Below are positions 40,109-54,717 of a DNA stretch of 64,000 nt, piece by piece. The stretch comes from Octopus vulgaris (Eukaryota). A model generated the notes under the pieces. It saw nothing but the letters and a program-made list of their open reading frames with translations, made no database searches and was not told the DNA's origin. Position 1 is the stretch's first letter. Each line of letters starts with the position of its first letter. A program made the translations under genes and the position numbers. Location: assembly GCA_951406725.2 (NCBI GenBank), contig OX597837.1:45322001-45386000 (forward strand), in the 5' to 3' direction.

Positions 40109-40765
40109 TCTCACTTCCTCTAATCACGTGACAGCGTAATGCATCGGCTGGCTATCTGCTATCTCACACAATCTCTGTCCCTCTTTCACACTTTCACACT
40201 CCCTCTCCAGCTCTCGCTTTCTCTCTCTCTTTCTCTCTCTCCCTCTCTCCCTCTCACTCCACCTTCTCCTCTCTCTGACAAACGAAAGTGTAATGTGTGA
40301 ACGAATGAACAAGCATAATTACAATATAGATAAATATATATCGAAAGGTTCCTCAGAACTTAGATTAAATAATCACATGCCATTCGTGTAATCCATTTGT
40401 GTCAATTAAAAAGAAAATAGCTAATAATTTACAAAATGGCTTTCATTGGGGAGAAAGAATGAGGTTGAGTAAAATCGAACACGATCAAAATATTAATTGC
40501 TATTGATTTCTTAACGACAACGTTTAAGAAGATTAGGATATATTTAGATTATTGCTTGTATCTTAGAGGATACAGCTTAAATTAAAATTCACTTCAAGCT
40601 ATATAGGGCGCAGGCCAACCCATGTGATTAAAAAACTTGTGTTGCAGCCACGTGACTGCAAAGGAAGACTTGATTTTAAGGGGTTGATAGATTCAGTTAA
40701 TAAATATAAAAGTTTTAACCACGGGAAGGCAGAAAATAAAGGAAAAGATGATTCTAGGTATTAAT

Positions 40766-41020
40766 TACTCTTTTACTCTTTTTCTTCTTTCAGTCATTTG
40801 ACTGTGGCCATGCTGGAGCACCGCCTTTAGTCGACCAAATCGACCCCAGGACTTATTCTTTCTAAGCCTTTCTATCGGTCTTAATCCGTTTGTCTGTCCT
40901 TCTTTGTCCTCTCTATGTTTAGCCCCTTGTAGGTAGTAAAGAAATAGGTATTTCGTCTGCCGTCAAGTTCTGAGTTCATATTCCGCCACGGTCGACTTTG
41001 CCTTTCATCCTTTCCGGGTA
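40766..41020. mobile_element. SINE A tail (-) fused to a SINE B body (+)
   Basis: Family A tail up to about 40880, then ttaatccgtttgtctgtcc...ctttcatcctttccggg. Confidence 0.75.
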
Positions 41021-41187
41021 TTAAATGTGTGTGCTGAGATCCTTGTTGTCAGGCCACTGGTATTGAAAATGAATCGTTAACATTTACGGTATACAAATTA
41101 TTAGTCCGAGTGTCTTATAACTACTGGAATTACTGAGTATATAAAGAGATTGGCTGCTCGTTTCGCTTGGATTGGTCAAACAGGTGT

Positions 41188-41236
41188 AGACTCGTCTGAT
41201 GACAATTCAGTACAAGTTCGAAAGTTGATTGAGGCT
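41188..41236 (+). ncRNA. Degenerate hammerhead motif
   Basis: AGACTCGT-CTGATGA-caattcagtacaagttc-GAAA-gttgatt-GAGGCT; TATAAA lies about 50 nt upstream. Confidence 0.4.
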
Positions 41237-41334
41237 GCTTTTTTGTTTTTTCAATCTATGGAGAAATAGTTAAATCAAGCCCGTTTATATAAATAAATAT
41301 ATATACTTTATTTAAAAGCAGCAGAAAATTCAAC

Positions 41335-41382
41335 AAAACCTGTTACTCTGAGTTTCACGTTCCCGATCGTCGGACAGTTTTT
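41335..41382 (-). ncRNA. Type I hammerhead ribozyme, U4C variant
   Basis: rc: AAAAACTGT-CCGACGA-TCG(ggaa)CGT-GAA-ACTC(a)GAGT-A-ACAGGTTTT; GUA triplet; the first pair of stem II is mismatched. Confidence 0.65.
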
Positions 41383-41607
41383 GCTATATATATATATATC
41401 CTAGTAACTACAGTGCCTATAGCACTTGCTGAACCTGACCAACACAAGTTTGAAGGACAAGAAAGTGGGAGTGGCTCTGCAGAAATCATGCTTGTTATAA
41501 TCATATCCATCATGCAGGTTGTTCAGTAATCCAAGACAACAAATGTTTTCATGAACCCTGTAATTCGTCGAAGCGAAGAAAGAGTCCGCCGTATATATAC
41601 ATACATA

Positions 41608-41824
41608 CGAGGGCGTACTGAAAATTTCTTAGCTTGAGCTGAAAGAAAATACAGGAGGATCAGTTAGTTATGATTTTACTCAACATATTCCCGTCTCAGA
41701 TTCACACACTTATTGCAGCGATCCTTCAGTTTTTCTAAGCTCTGAAAAAGAACTCGGATCTTTGGGCCTCCGACCAGACTTTTCGTGATACCTTTAAAAC
41801 CAGAAACTTTTCAGCAGCCCGTTG
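41608..41824. mobile_element. Mariner-derived MITE with TA target duplication
   Basis: TA|cgagggcgtactgaaaatttctt ... ccagaaacttttcagcagcccgttg|TA, with imperfect TIRs. Confidence 0.75.
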
Positions 41825-42070
41825 TATAGAATATTTCTTTGTGGATGTGTATATGTGTATGCATGTATGTGTATGTGTGCGCGTAATTATGTATGTATGA
41901 AATTCGCTACAAAACAGGTGCTTAATAGTGTTATCTGAAAAAGTTACCGTGTTAAGAACACCTGATCTCATAACTCTAGATTTAATACCATTATTAAATT
42001 TTTCAGCTTTTCCATCTCCCCAACTCTCTCTCCCTCTCACTTTCTATCTCTGCCTTTTCTCTCTCTCTCC

Positions 42071-42269
<199 letters not shown>

Positions 42270-42279
42270 ATTTATATAT

Positions 42280-42322
<43 letters not shown>

Positions 42323-42409
42323 GTGTTTCAAAGTAAAATTAAGTGATAGATGAGTTTGTTCTCAGCATATTAAATATGTGCGCGCGTGTTTGTCATGTTA
42401 ATAAAGATT

Positions 42410-42900
42410 GCAAACTTTGGCGCAAAGCCACTAATTTTGGGGAAGACAGTTAAATCAATTACATCGATCCCAATGCTCAACTGGTACTTATTCTATCGAC
42501 CCCGAAAGAATGAAAGGCAAAGCCAACCTCGACTGAATTTGAACTCAGAACGACTTTGCCTTTCATCCTTTCAGGATCGATAAATTAAGTACCAGTTACG
42601 CACTGGGGTCGATGTAATCGACTTAATCCATTTGTCTGTCCTTCTTTCTCCCCTCCATGTTTAGCCCCTTGTGGGCAATAGAGCAATAAGAAACGTTCGC
42701 AAGCCAGGCGAAATGCTTAGCGGTATTTCGTCTGTCTTTACTGTTCTGAGTTCAAACTCCGCCAAGGTTGATTTTGCCTTTCATCCTTTCGGGGTCGATA
42801 AATTAAGTACCAGTTGAGCATTGGGGTCGATATAATTGACTGGCTCCCCCACTCAAAAAAAAAAAAAAAAGAATTTCGAGCCTCGTGCCTAGTGTAGAAA
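42410..42900. mobile_element. SINE family B cluster with an internal inversion
   Basis: The minus copy at 42410-42550 directly abuts plus-strand units at 42551-42900. Confidence 0.85.
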
Positions 42901-43267
42901 ATAATATGAAAGCTTAAACAGAAGAGACCCGGGGAAAATAATTACGGATTCCCTCAACGGAAAATAAATACGAAGTCGTCGAAGGTGAATTGTTGCGAAG
43001 GAAGACAAAAACAAAAACAAGTTCAAATTTCAAGGAGGACCCAGTAAATGAGTGAAACAGAGATGAAATCTTCCATCTTGTTGATCACGACAAAATAATT
43101 TATTTTATTATTTCAATCCCTCCTACATCACTAGACTGTATCATCATCGTCATTGTGGCGAGTCCCTGCCATCGTAAATTTTGGTCCGTTCCAAACAATC
43201 GTGAGTTCGATGTGACTGCTATTATATTAGCTCATGATTTAGGTTTTTCATGGGTTGATAGGACACG

Positions 43268-43303
<36 letters not shown>

Positions 43304-43412
43304 CACACACACACACACATGCACACACACAAACACACACACACGCGCTCAGAGGCACACAGGAACAAAAGCACATACAGTACACAGAGGAAAACACGCA
43401 CACATACACACA

Positions 43413-43454
<42 letters not shown>

Positions 43455-43850
43455 TACACAGGCACACACAAACACAAGCACATACATACACACACACATA
43501 CGAACACACAAACACGCAAACACAATTCACTCACGCATAGACGCAAACACAAAAACACACACATGCACATACGCACGCATATGCACAAACACAAACACTT
43601 AAACACAAATACACACTGGCACACGTACACCAACACACACACAAACACAGACACACACACACACATATATACAGAGACATGTATCAGACAACAAAGATCA
43701 TATCACACATAATTATTAGAACGCACTTGTATTCGTGTTTGACTTCGATTATGTTGTATCAATGGTGTTCAAACGAGCGATGAGTCTATCAAGCCAGGAG
43801 ATAATAAGGTAAGATAAAATATGTGTGTGTTTGTGTAAGTAGTTATGTGT

Positions 43851-43884
<34 letters not shown>

Positions 43885-43916
43885 AATAGAATGATTTACA
43901 GAGATGTATGAGTGCG

Positions 43917-43963
<47 letters not shown>

Positions 43964-43968
43964 ATCTA

Positions 43969-44002
<34 letters not shown>

Positions 44003-44036
44003 AGATATACGTGATAATATAGATAGATATACACTC

Positions 44037-44097
<61 letters not shown>

Positions 44098-44112
44098 ATA
44101 CATATGAACATA

Positions 44113-44373
44113 GAGGTGTGTGGTAAGTAGCTTGCTTACCAACCATATGGTTCCGGGTTCAGTCCCACTTGCGTGGCAAGTGCCTTCTACTATAGTGGAT
44201 TTGGTAGACTGAAAACTGAAAGAAGCCCGTCGTTTATATGTATATGTGTGTGTGTGTTTGTATATCCATGTTTGTTCCCCCACCATCGCTTCACAACCTC
44301 ACAACCGATGTTGGTGTGTTTACGTCCCCGTAACTTGGCGCTTTGGCAAAAGAGAGAACGATAGAATAAGTAC
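44113..44373 (+). mobile_element. SINE family A, 3'-truncated
   Basis: Matches family A up to gatagaataagtac. Confidence 0.8.
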
Positions 44374-44899
44374 TTCCAACCATCAAACATGGAGGAGGAT
44401 CCGTTATGATCTGGGAGGCTACAACTTGGAAACCACCGGCCCAATGGTTTCCCTTCGTGGCAGAATTAATAGTCAAGACGATTTGAGCATTTTATCTGAC
44501 CAAATTCATCCTATGTTTGTGGAACTGTTTCCGGAGGGAAACGCAATCTTTCGGGACGATAATGCTCCAATTCACACAGCTAAAGTTGTTACTGAAAGGC
44601 ACGAGGAAGATTCTATCGAAGTTAAACACCTTATCTGGACACCACAGACCCCAGATCTCAATATCATTGAACATTTATGGTGTATTTTAGAAAAACAAGT
44701 AAGGAGTCGATATCCTCCACCATCATCACTACAAGAACTGGAGACTGAAGAATTCAGCTAAATTATTTCCTATGGAAATAATTCAAACTGTGTACAAGTT
44801 CTTACCTCGTGGAATTCAATCTGTAATTACAGCCAAATGCGGTCCTACCCGATATTAAAATAAATTTGAAGGTGTTTCCATTATTTTGTCCAACCCACG
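44374..44899 (+). mobile_element. Tc1-like transposon, 3' half, DD36E spacing
   Basis: PTIKHGGGSVMIW (other frame); DDNAPIHTAKVV...WTPQTPDLNIIEHLW has 36 residues between D and E; TIR-like end ggtgtttccattattttgtccaaccc. Confidence 0.88.
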
Positions 44900-45028
44900 C
44901 AGAGTGAGGGGAGAGATCGGAGGTGCAGAGCGTTTGCATTATCTTCTACCGATTGAAGATCACACAGATTTCGCCAACTGATACGTTTATGTGCGTGTGT
45001 ATACATAATATTCATACATACACACATA

Positions 45029-45101
<73 letters not shown>

Positions 45102-45300
45102 TGCATGAATACACACGCACGCACGCACACAGGCACAGGCACGCGTACACACAAATACACACACATGCGTATATATATACACATAAATACATATATAAGC
45201 GCCACATACAAAAGTCTGTAAATTATTTTCAGTATGTATGCGTATTATTTCATTAAACATACGTACACTCATACACACATGCACATATTTCAGAATACCA

Positions 45301-45374
<74 letters not shown>

Positions 45375-45527
45375 ATAAGTTTATATATATGTATATATAT
45401 TAGATATATAGTCATTTGCATGCCTTCACGTATGTGTATATATATGTGAATGAATAATAGCGTAACTATACATATACACACACTTGTATATACACATATA
45501 TACATATATATGTATACGCATATATAC

Positions 45528-45589
<62 letters not shown>

Positions 45590-46353
45590 ATATATACGTC
45601 GAAATATGCATGTATCTACACACTCACACACACACATTCACACATACACACATATATATATATATATACTCGCACACATTCTTACATACATACATAATGC
45701 ATACGTACAGGCACATACATACGTCCATACACACACACACATACACGCCTACATAGACGGGTACACATCTGAATTATTTATGATTGCTGTTACTTATTGA
45801 AGCCTCTAAATTTATGATATAAGGTTATACCGATACATATACTAAAGCTAATATATCAAATTGAATCGCAGCTTTTCTCTCTTTCCCCCTCTCGCTCTTC
45901 CTCGTTGCTTTTCCCTCTTCTTTCCCCAGTTATCTCTCTCCGTCTCTCTATCATCAAGTTTCTTTCTCCTTCCGTTGTTCTTTGTCAATGTCTTTGTCTA
46001 ATTATAACTGTACGTTCGTGTATAATCCGCCCTCTCCTTGTCTCCTTTTTCTCTATCTGTCAATCTCTTTCTTCCTCTTGTTGTTTCGGTATCACTTTAT
46101 CTATTCAGTTACCTTTATTTATACAACTCTGTATATGCGTCTTTCTTGCATTCTATCTCTCTGACTCTGTCTCTCTCTCTCCCTCTCTACCTCCTCTCTC
46201 CCTCTGTTTGTCTCTATCTCTTGTTTTTTAACTATCTGTCTCTACGTATACACTTCTCTCTGTCTCTCGTTTCTCTATCAAATTTATCACTTTCTATCTC
46301 TCATTTTCTACATTTTTGTATATGCATCCCTCTCTTTCTCCCTCCCTCTCTCT

Positions 46354-46385
<32 letters not shown>

Positions 46386-46944
46386 CACACAGTCACTCTT
46401 TCCCTCTATCTGTCTTTCTCATTCATTTGTCCATATTTACTTTGCCATTGTCCTTCCTCTCTATACATGCCGCTTTTAATCTACGTCTCAGAGTCTATCA
46501 TGTAACATCTACTTTTCTTTCCCATTTTAACATTTTTCTCTAACTCCCTCTACACTCTCTCTCCCTCTCTCACTCTTTTTTTCCTCATTCTAACATTATT
46601 TGCTTATCTTTTTATCTATTTATCTTTATTTTCTGTATACGCGTCTTTGAATAAAATCTGCTCAGCTTCTAATTTATTTCCTTCAGTTTATAATTCCACC
46701 CCCCTCTCTCTCTCTATCTCTCTCTCTCTCTCTCGCTCACTCACTCACTCTTTCTAATACAATATATCTGTCCAGCTGTCAGCCTTTCACTGACAAAGTT
46801 AGCAGAGCGCAGACAAAATGCCTTGCAATTTCATTACGATCGATGGGGATCTGAGTTCGAATCCGAATTGACTTTCTGTTTCATCATTCTGACGTCAATT
46901 AAATCAATACTGTTTAAGTATTGGAATCTATATAATCTATACGA

Positions 46945-47345
46945 ATGTTGTGCCCAAGCATGACCAATGATTGAATCCTGGGAAAAAATAGTTTTGCCGG
47001 ATCGCTAGGTTACGAAAATGGAAACAAACCAACACCGGTTGTCAAGTGGGGCAGTGAAAACAAACACAGTTAACCACACTTTCACACACGCGTACACAAG
47101 CAATCACTCTCACACGCGCACATACACACACACACAAACCATCATTCACACACTCACAATCACACTCATACACACACGCGTGCGCAAACTCTCTCACTCA
47201 CACACGCACACACATATAATCGACGGGCTTCCACACAATTTCCGTCGACCAAATTCACTTACAAGGCATTGCACAAGATACTGCGCAGTGAGATTTAACC
47301 CGAATCCATATGGTTACAAAGCGAGCTTCTGAGACACACAGCCAT
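46945..47345 (-). mobile_element. SINE family A, diverged
   Basis: aaccaacaccggttgtcaag...cgacgggcttcc...ccaaattcacttacaaggc...cacacagccatg. Confidence 0.7.
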
Positions 47346-48905
47346 GTCTAGGCCTATACTTCTGATAGCTTTTTCAATTACGTGTAGCTTTATCAAAACA
47401 GATCCACAGATCTATGAAGTTCTGTCTGTGTGTCTGAATTATATACTTCATGAAATGTTCAACGCATGAAAATTCATTTTGACCAGTGTCCAAACTTTGA
47501 TATAGGAGCGATTTCCTTTTCATCATCAAATTTATGATCCATTTGCTTACTATTTAAAGTTCCATTGGTCCTAAGCTCTGAACTAAGATATAACGAATTA
47601 ATTCACATCTTCTGTAGTAACTTGCAGCTCGATGTAATTCATAAACTGAGCTTCCACTGCAACAGCTTCGAGGGTATGCTCAAAAACCTGTAAACTTTTT
47701 ACGTTAAATTCTGCCATGGCTGTGTGTCGAAGTTCGCTTTGAAACTACATGGTTTCGGGTTCAATCCAACTATGCAGGCTTTTAGGAAGTTTTTTTCTGC
47801 CTGATTGATCAATGCTTTGTGAGTGAATTTAATAAATAGGAGACTTTACTACACAGCTATCATTCTTTGCTTGCTTGGAATTCGGGGGATCAACGGCTTC
47901 TCTTTATTAATGTTCCTTCAATATGGGTATAAATTAATAACTTGCTTTGAATTACAGCAAGACTCCAGTGAGTTTCTTGATCGTCAATCAAGGTTTTTAA
48001 TGAATTTTCTCCATTTATTTCCCATCACAATACCTCATTTCTCGTTAACATAATTGTAGCCACCATATTCCCTGAATTACACAAGCGATTTCCATTTGGC
48101 TTTTTATTATCATCCTTAATAATTGAAAATGTGATTGATTCGCTCATGTTCAAAGCTTTATTTATTGAATATTGAGACTGATTTGTTGAAGATCGACAAG
48201 AATATTATTAACTGTTCCATATTTCATTGTATTGCATCAGTTTTATGGGGGTCTGCTTTTTTTGACATTCGCATCATCATGTCGCTTTTACATTTTGGAC
48301 CTGTTTATATAACATAATATTATATAACATAATATAAACATAAGCAATATAAATATATGATATATAGTATCAAATACTAAAACGTTCTTTAAACGTTGCT
48401 TTTGTGTAAGGGCGCCGAGCAATAAATAACTACCATGGCGTCGGTTTGCTTACAAACAAAAATGAGTCGAAAATCTAAAGAGACAATATCCCGCATACAT
48501 AAATGCTTTTACGTTTATTAATTTTCGTAGATAATCGATTCTGTTGTAGTTATAGCCTATTTTAGGCAAATTTACAATAGACAAAAGCCATGTTGCTTTA
48601 CAAGATATTATTTGAGCATTTAATGACATTGTACCCTTAAAAATTATATGGGAAATGAAAGGATATAAGCATAAAGGACTACGTTTAATTCTGCTGGTAA
48701 AATAAAAATTATGCCCGAAAGTCCGAATTAAATTACAGTTGTGAATATAGAAGATCCGAAGGTCAAAGAAGTACGAAGGTTTAAAAGATGAATCTAGAGT
48801 TTATCTGTATTTTTATATTCATAAATCTTCCCCATGATATCTGTAGCATTTAACCATTCACTCATTTTTATTATATCCCATGTTTATTGTACTTTAACAT
48901 GGAAA

Positions 48906-48992
48906 GTTTGATAGGGAATTAGAAGTTTCGGCTTGCTCGCCTTTTTCAGGTTGTGTTTTACTCTGTTTTGTTTTTCGTCTTCATATAATTTT
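48906..48992 (-). repeat. ~90-bp dispersed repeat with a hammerhead-like core (copy 1)
   Basis: Near-identical to 54718-54800; rc reads CTGAAAAA-GGC(gagcaa)GCC-GAAACTT. Confidence 0.6.
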
Positions 48993-49153
48993 CGACAAGT
49001 TAAAGTTTGTTTTTTTTTTCTGGGTGGGGGGTCAAGTGGAGCTATCTCAAAGGATCTTTAGTTGTAGTAATAACACTGTGTTACATAACTTTTGTCCTTG
49101 GGTAGCAACTATTATTTCTCGTTTTTTTATCCCTTGAAAGTTTGAAAAATGGC

Positions 49154-49478
49154 GAATATTTCCTTCAAACTTTGCTTTTGTTACATTTATTCAAACCCCA
49201 AAGAATTCCTCTCAACACATGGCTATGATGCTCCGCCACCCCCAGTACTCTTGCACATGATCAGAGATGCACATATTGTTAACCACTAAGGGATATACTC
49301 AAGTGGTTAAGGTCAAACAACTGATAAGCAAATCTGTGGTGCTGAGTAGAATATTTGCTATAACGATATTTCTGCTTCAGCCACTCAGCACTGCATCTGA
49401 CTGAAATGTAATGGAAAATAGGTCAGTTTCAAAACAATGCCGAGTTGACAAAAGCAAAGTTTGAAGGGAAAAGTATTC
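49154..49478. mobile_element. MITE with ~30-bp TIRs
   Basis: gaatatttccttcaaactttgcttttgtta and tgacaaaagcaaagtttgaagggaaaagtattc. Confidence 0.75.
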
Positions 49479-50180
49479 ATTTCTTGTCATGTCTAAATAG
49501 AAGCAAATAGTGAATAACATTTGCTGACCAAAAACCAAAAAGACATTAAAATATTGTTACTCAGTTTAATTGGAAGTACATAGACTGGGGAAGGAATAGT
49601 ATTTGAATGGTCTCTAGAGGAGGATAGTAAGAAAGAATGTGTTTGAAATGAGAGCGGTGATAGAAATTCATAGTGAGGAGATTTTATTTGGTTTGAAATG
49701 GGAATTTTGGCATTGTTTAGTATACAGTAAAGCATAGAATATAAACTGGGGTCCAAATTCATACGAAGATATTCAATATATGGAAAGTTATTCACCTTCT
49801 GGGTGGCGTTTGGTCATCACAAAGCGATGTTTGTAGATAAAGTCGTTGGTTACCCATCATATGTGCGATACTGTTATTAAATTTCTAAGAAATTTTGAAA
49901 TGTGTTTTACAACTGTCACTGTTCAAACACTATGTTACTAGAAATATTAGTGGGGTTATAAATATACATAGATGCGGAGATAAACACATACAAACACTCA
50001 CACACACGCACACGCACACACACGCACACGCATACAAATAGGCAAACATCAGGCATTAAACACGCACGCTCACATATATGCATCCCCTAAAATATGCATA
50101 TTCTATTGTACAAATGTATGCTTGCATATATATCTGTCTTTATATTAGTATATATAAATATGTACGAATATATATTTACG

Positions 50181-50222
<42 letters not shown>

Positions 50223-50415
50223 TGTTTGTTGTTTACACACGCGTCTTCGTTTTTTGTTTGTTTTTTTAAATTCTCACAATATATACATACCAATTTCTGT
50301 GCATGGTTTAGATTTTCAATTTTAATCTTCTATAAAATGAAATTTAGATGCATCTGATAACCATTAAATGAATGTTTGTAGACATACACTCATACAGGTA
50401 AATAGACACACACAA

Positions 50416-50501
<86 letters not shown>

Positions 50502-50560
50502 GTATGCCTTTATATATATACCTATCTGTAAATACCTATGTAAGCACACAAACATACAAT

Positions 50561-50641
<81 letters not shown>

Positions 50642-50733
50642 TATGTGATGGCATGCTATTGTAGTGTTTTAATGACATGATGCAGCAACCGAAGTTGCTC
50701 CTATGTCTCTCTATCTCGCTGTTTCTGTATTAG

Positions 50734-50787
<54 letters not shown>

Positions 50788-51435
50788 GTATATATGCATA
50801 TATAGACATGTATTTATATGTGTATATATATTTGCACGTGTATATATATGAGTGGGTGTGTATATATATATATATGCTTAAATACATGCAAACCCGTATG
50901 TTTTGGTTTACTGAATATATTTGTAATATTTACAAGAAATTAGACAATATTTTGTTTTCATACGTTTCTTCTGTATTGTTTTTTTTCTACAATTGTAACC
51001 TGACCTTCCTTCTTCCTTGCATATATATATATATACATACATACATAATATATATATATATATACATACATACAAACATACATACCTACATACATATATA
51101 TCTGTCTATCTGTATGTATGCATGTATGCATGTATCTGCGTATATGTGTATGTATGCATGTATGTATATATATACTGTAATATAATATATATTATATATA
51201 TGTGATTATATATATATATATATGTATGTATGTACATAAAGAGAGAGAGCGTAATAGATAGATAGACAGACAGGTAGATATACATATAAATACATGCATA
51301 TATAAACATATATTTATAGATATGTATATATATGTATATATGTATGTATATATACATATATATATACATACATATATATATACATCTACATATATATATA
51401 TAAACATACGTATATATATATATGCATATATATAT

Positions 51436-51517
<82 letters not shown>

Positions 51518-51909
51518 GCATATATATACATACACACGCACACACTCACACATACTTGCATCTGTCTCATACTTGTTTTTTTCTTCTTCTCTTTGATCTT
51601 TCACCGATAAATCCTCCTTGTTTGATAACTTTAGCCGATGGCTGAAGAAAAACTAAATTCCAATATCTCATACGAATAGCCTTTCTTCATAGGAGAAATA
51701 TTGCTTCACCGTTCACACACCGTTGTTCGCAGGCAATCGCTAAACGCTTACACTCGCTTTATCGATGATATCTGTATAAACATTATTTTTCTTTATCGGT
51801 TTATTCATATATAAATAAAGCTCGTCTGTTTGATTGTAACCCGGTGCGCTTCTGTTAGGTAGATATGAATACAAACCTTCATATATATATATATATATAT
51901 ATAAATGTT

Positions 51910-51949
<40 letters not shown>

Positions 51950-52254
51950 CATACACACAAAAATATATAGATAAATACGTATATATATTTATCTTTATAT
52001 ATACATATATATATACAAACATTTATATATATATATATAGCCCAAGCAGTTCTACTTCATTGCACACGCGCATTTATTAGAAAGATATGCGTATGTTTCG
52101 TGTTATCAGTTTAAGATTCTCTGCACGTATTTCTGCTATATCATTCCTTTACACACACACACACACACACATATATATATGCATATATAGATCACTTTCT
52201 CTCATTCTCTCTGTCCTATCTCTCTCTCTCTCCTCTGCTCTCTCTCTCTATATA

Positions 52255-52295
<41 letters not shown>

Positions 52296-52402
52296 CATAT
52301 ATATACATATATACCTATATATATAGATACACACACACAAACACACATATATACATACATACCAGTGCACGCACACACATAACCTCACCCCAAGTAGATA
52401 TA

Positions 52403-52494
<92 letters not shown>

Positions 52495-52619
52495 TATGTC
52501 TGTACCTGCAGTTAAGAATTGCCTCTCTTTGCATTTTTGACTTTTCCGTTCCTTAAACTCTCCTCTAATTCTCCTGGCGGTGATGCGGCTAATATCAGTG
52601 GTGCCTTTTTAGGGTACCG

Positions 52620-53400
52620 AGTTGGCCAAATCCTTAGTATGCCGAGTAATATACTTCGCGGCTTTTCTGAGTTCAAATTCGGCCGAAGTCGACTTTTACC
52701 ATACATCCTATCGGGGCCGATAAAATAAGTACCAGTTGAACACTGAGAGCGATTTAATCGGCTTGCCCCCTACTCCGAAACTTTTGGCCTTGTACCAAAA
52801 TTTGAAATCAATATTTGAAATCATTATTATTGAAACCTAAGGCGGCGAGCTGGCAGAATCGTTAGCACGCCGGGCGAAATGCGTAGCCGTATTTCGTCTG
52901 CCGCTACGTTCTGAGCTCAAATTCCGCAGAGGTCGACTCTGCCTTTCATCCTTTCGGGGTCGATAAATTAAGTACCAGTTACGCACTGGGGTCGATGTAA
53001 TCGACTTATTACCTATGTGTTTCCTTGTTTGTCCCTTCTATGTTTAGCCCCTTGTGGGCAATAAAGCAATAGGTATTTCGTCAGTCTTTATGTTCTGAGT
53101 TCAAATTCCGCCGAGGTCGACGCTGCCTTTCATCCTTTCGGGGTCGATAAATTAAGTACCAGTTGCGTACTGGGGTCGGTCTAATCGACTGGCCCTCCCT
53201 CCCACCAAATTTCAGGCCTTGTGCCTAGAGTAGAAAAGAATCGTTCCTGCGACGAACAAAATGCTTAATAGCATTTCATCCGTCTTCGTGTTCTGAGTTC
53301 AAATTCCGCCGAGGTCGACTTTACCTTTTTATCTTTTCGGGGTCGAAAACCTAACCCCTCCATGCAAAATTTCTGGCCTTGTGCCAAAATGTGAAAACCA
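52620..53400 (+). mobile_element. SINE family B cluster (about four bodies in tandem)
   Basis: Head ggcggcgagctggcagaatcg at 52841; repeated ttctgagttcaaattccgccgaggtcgac. Confidence 0.88.
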
Positions 53401-54717
53401 TATTAGTGGTGCTGTCTTTGATGTTGATGTTGACATAGTAGTCGTGATGTGGGTGAAGATTGTTGCTCGTGACACTGATGCAACGTTGCTTGCGAGAGTG
53501 ATGACGATGGTGATGATGATGGTGACGGTGGGGGTGGGGTGGGTTTTGCAGTGGCAGATACTGTGACGATGGTGATGGTATTTATCGAAGAAGAAACGAG
53601 GCCTTTCTAACCTAGATTACAAAAAACAATAACGGCCGGAAACCTTAGCTTTGAGACGGTAGGAATTCTTGGAGATAGGAAAGCGCGTGACAGAGGCGGT
53701 GGCGGTAGCGTTGGCGGCGGTGGAGGTGGCGGTGATGGTAGCGGTGATGGTGGTGGTGGCAGTGGTGGTGGTGGCAGTGGTGGTGGTGGCAGTGGTGGTG
53801 GTGGCGGTGGGGTGGTTATTGTGTGGTGGGGTTCACGGTGGTTGCGGTGGTGGTGGTTTTTGTGACGGGGGATGGAGTGAAGTAGAGGTGATGGTGAGGT
53901 TTCTAGTGTCGGTGGTAATGCTGGTGATGGTAGTGGTTGTGGTGGTTGTCGCGGTGGCGGTGTTAGTGGTGGTTATAATGGTGTTAATGGCCTGAGGGAG
54001 ATTATCATGTTAAGCTTCTTGAAGTAAAATGGAGAAAGTTTTACTTATATTTCTAGATTTTTTTTAGTGTTGGTGTAGAAAGTTCTTTAAGCGCGACGAT
54101 TTAATCTGTAAAGTCTGGAAATTAAGGAAATGTTGATAAAGAAATAGGGCGGAGAATTGTAGAATCTTTAGAACTTAGATAAAAAAAAATGTTCCATGAG
54201 GTGTCTGGTTACAGTATCTTTTGTTCTGAGTTTAAATTCTGCCGAAATCTCCTTTGTTTTCCGTCCGTCTGGAATTGATAAAATAAATTACAGTCAAGTA
54301 GTTGAGTCGATTTAGAGCCCAGCTAAGCGGAATGCCTGCTGCAGCGAGTGTCGCTGGCCATTCTCTACAGTAACACCATCAAGAATTTGGACCTGGAGAT
54401 CTCCATTTCCAGGGACTTCGAGAGCCACTTCCCATTTTCTGCTGCTTAATCGTTCACCCATTTTGTCCCCCTTTTTCTTTATTTCTTTGTAATTAAATTC
54501 CGATTTAATCTTTCTGTAAGTAAAACCAATTCTTTAATCGATTTTAAGATTCCCACAAAATTTTGTGGAGTTGTGATTATGTTTGAAATCAATGTTTTGT
54601 CTTCAGCAGATTGAAAACACGTGTAACACGATTTCTGTCCTTGGAGAGCAACTGTTATTTCCTATTTGTGTGCCTCCAGAAAGTTTTATAGCTCCTGTTT
54701 ATTTTTACATGAAAATG

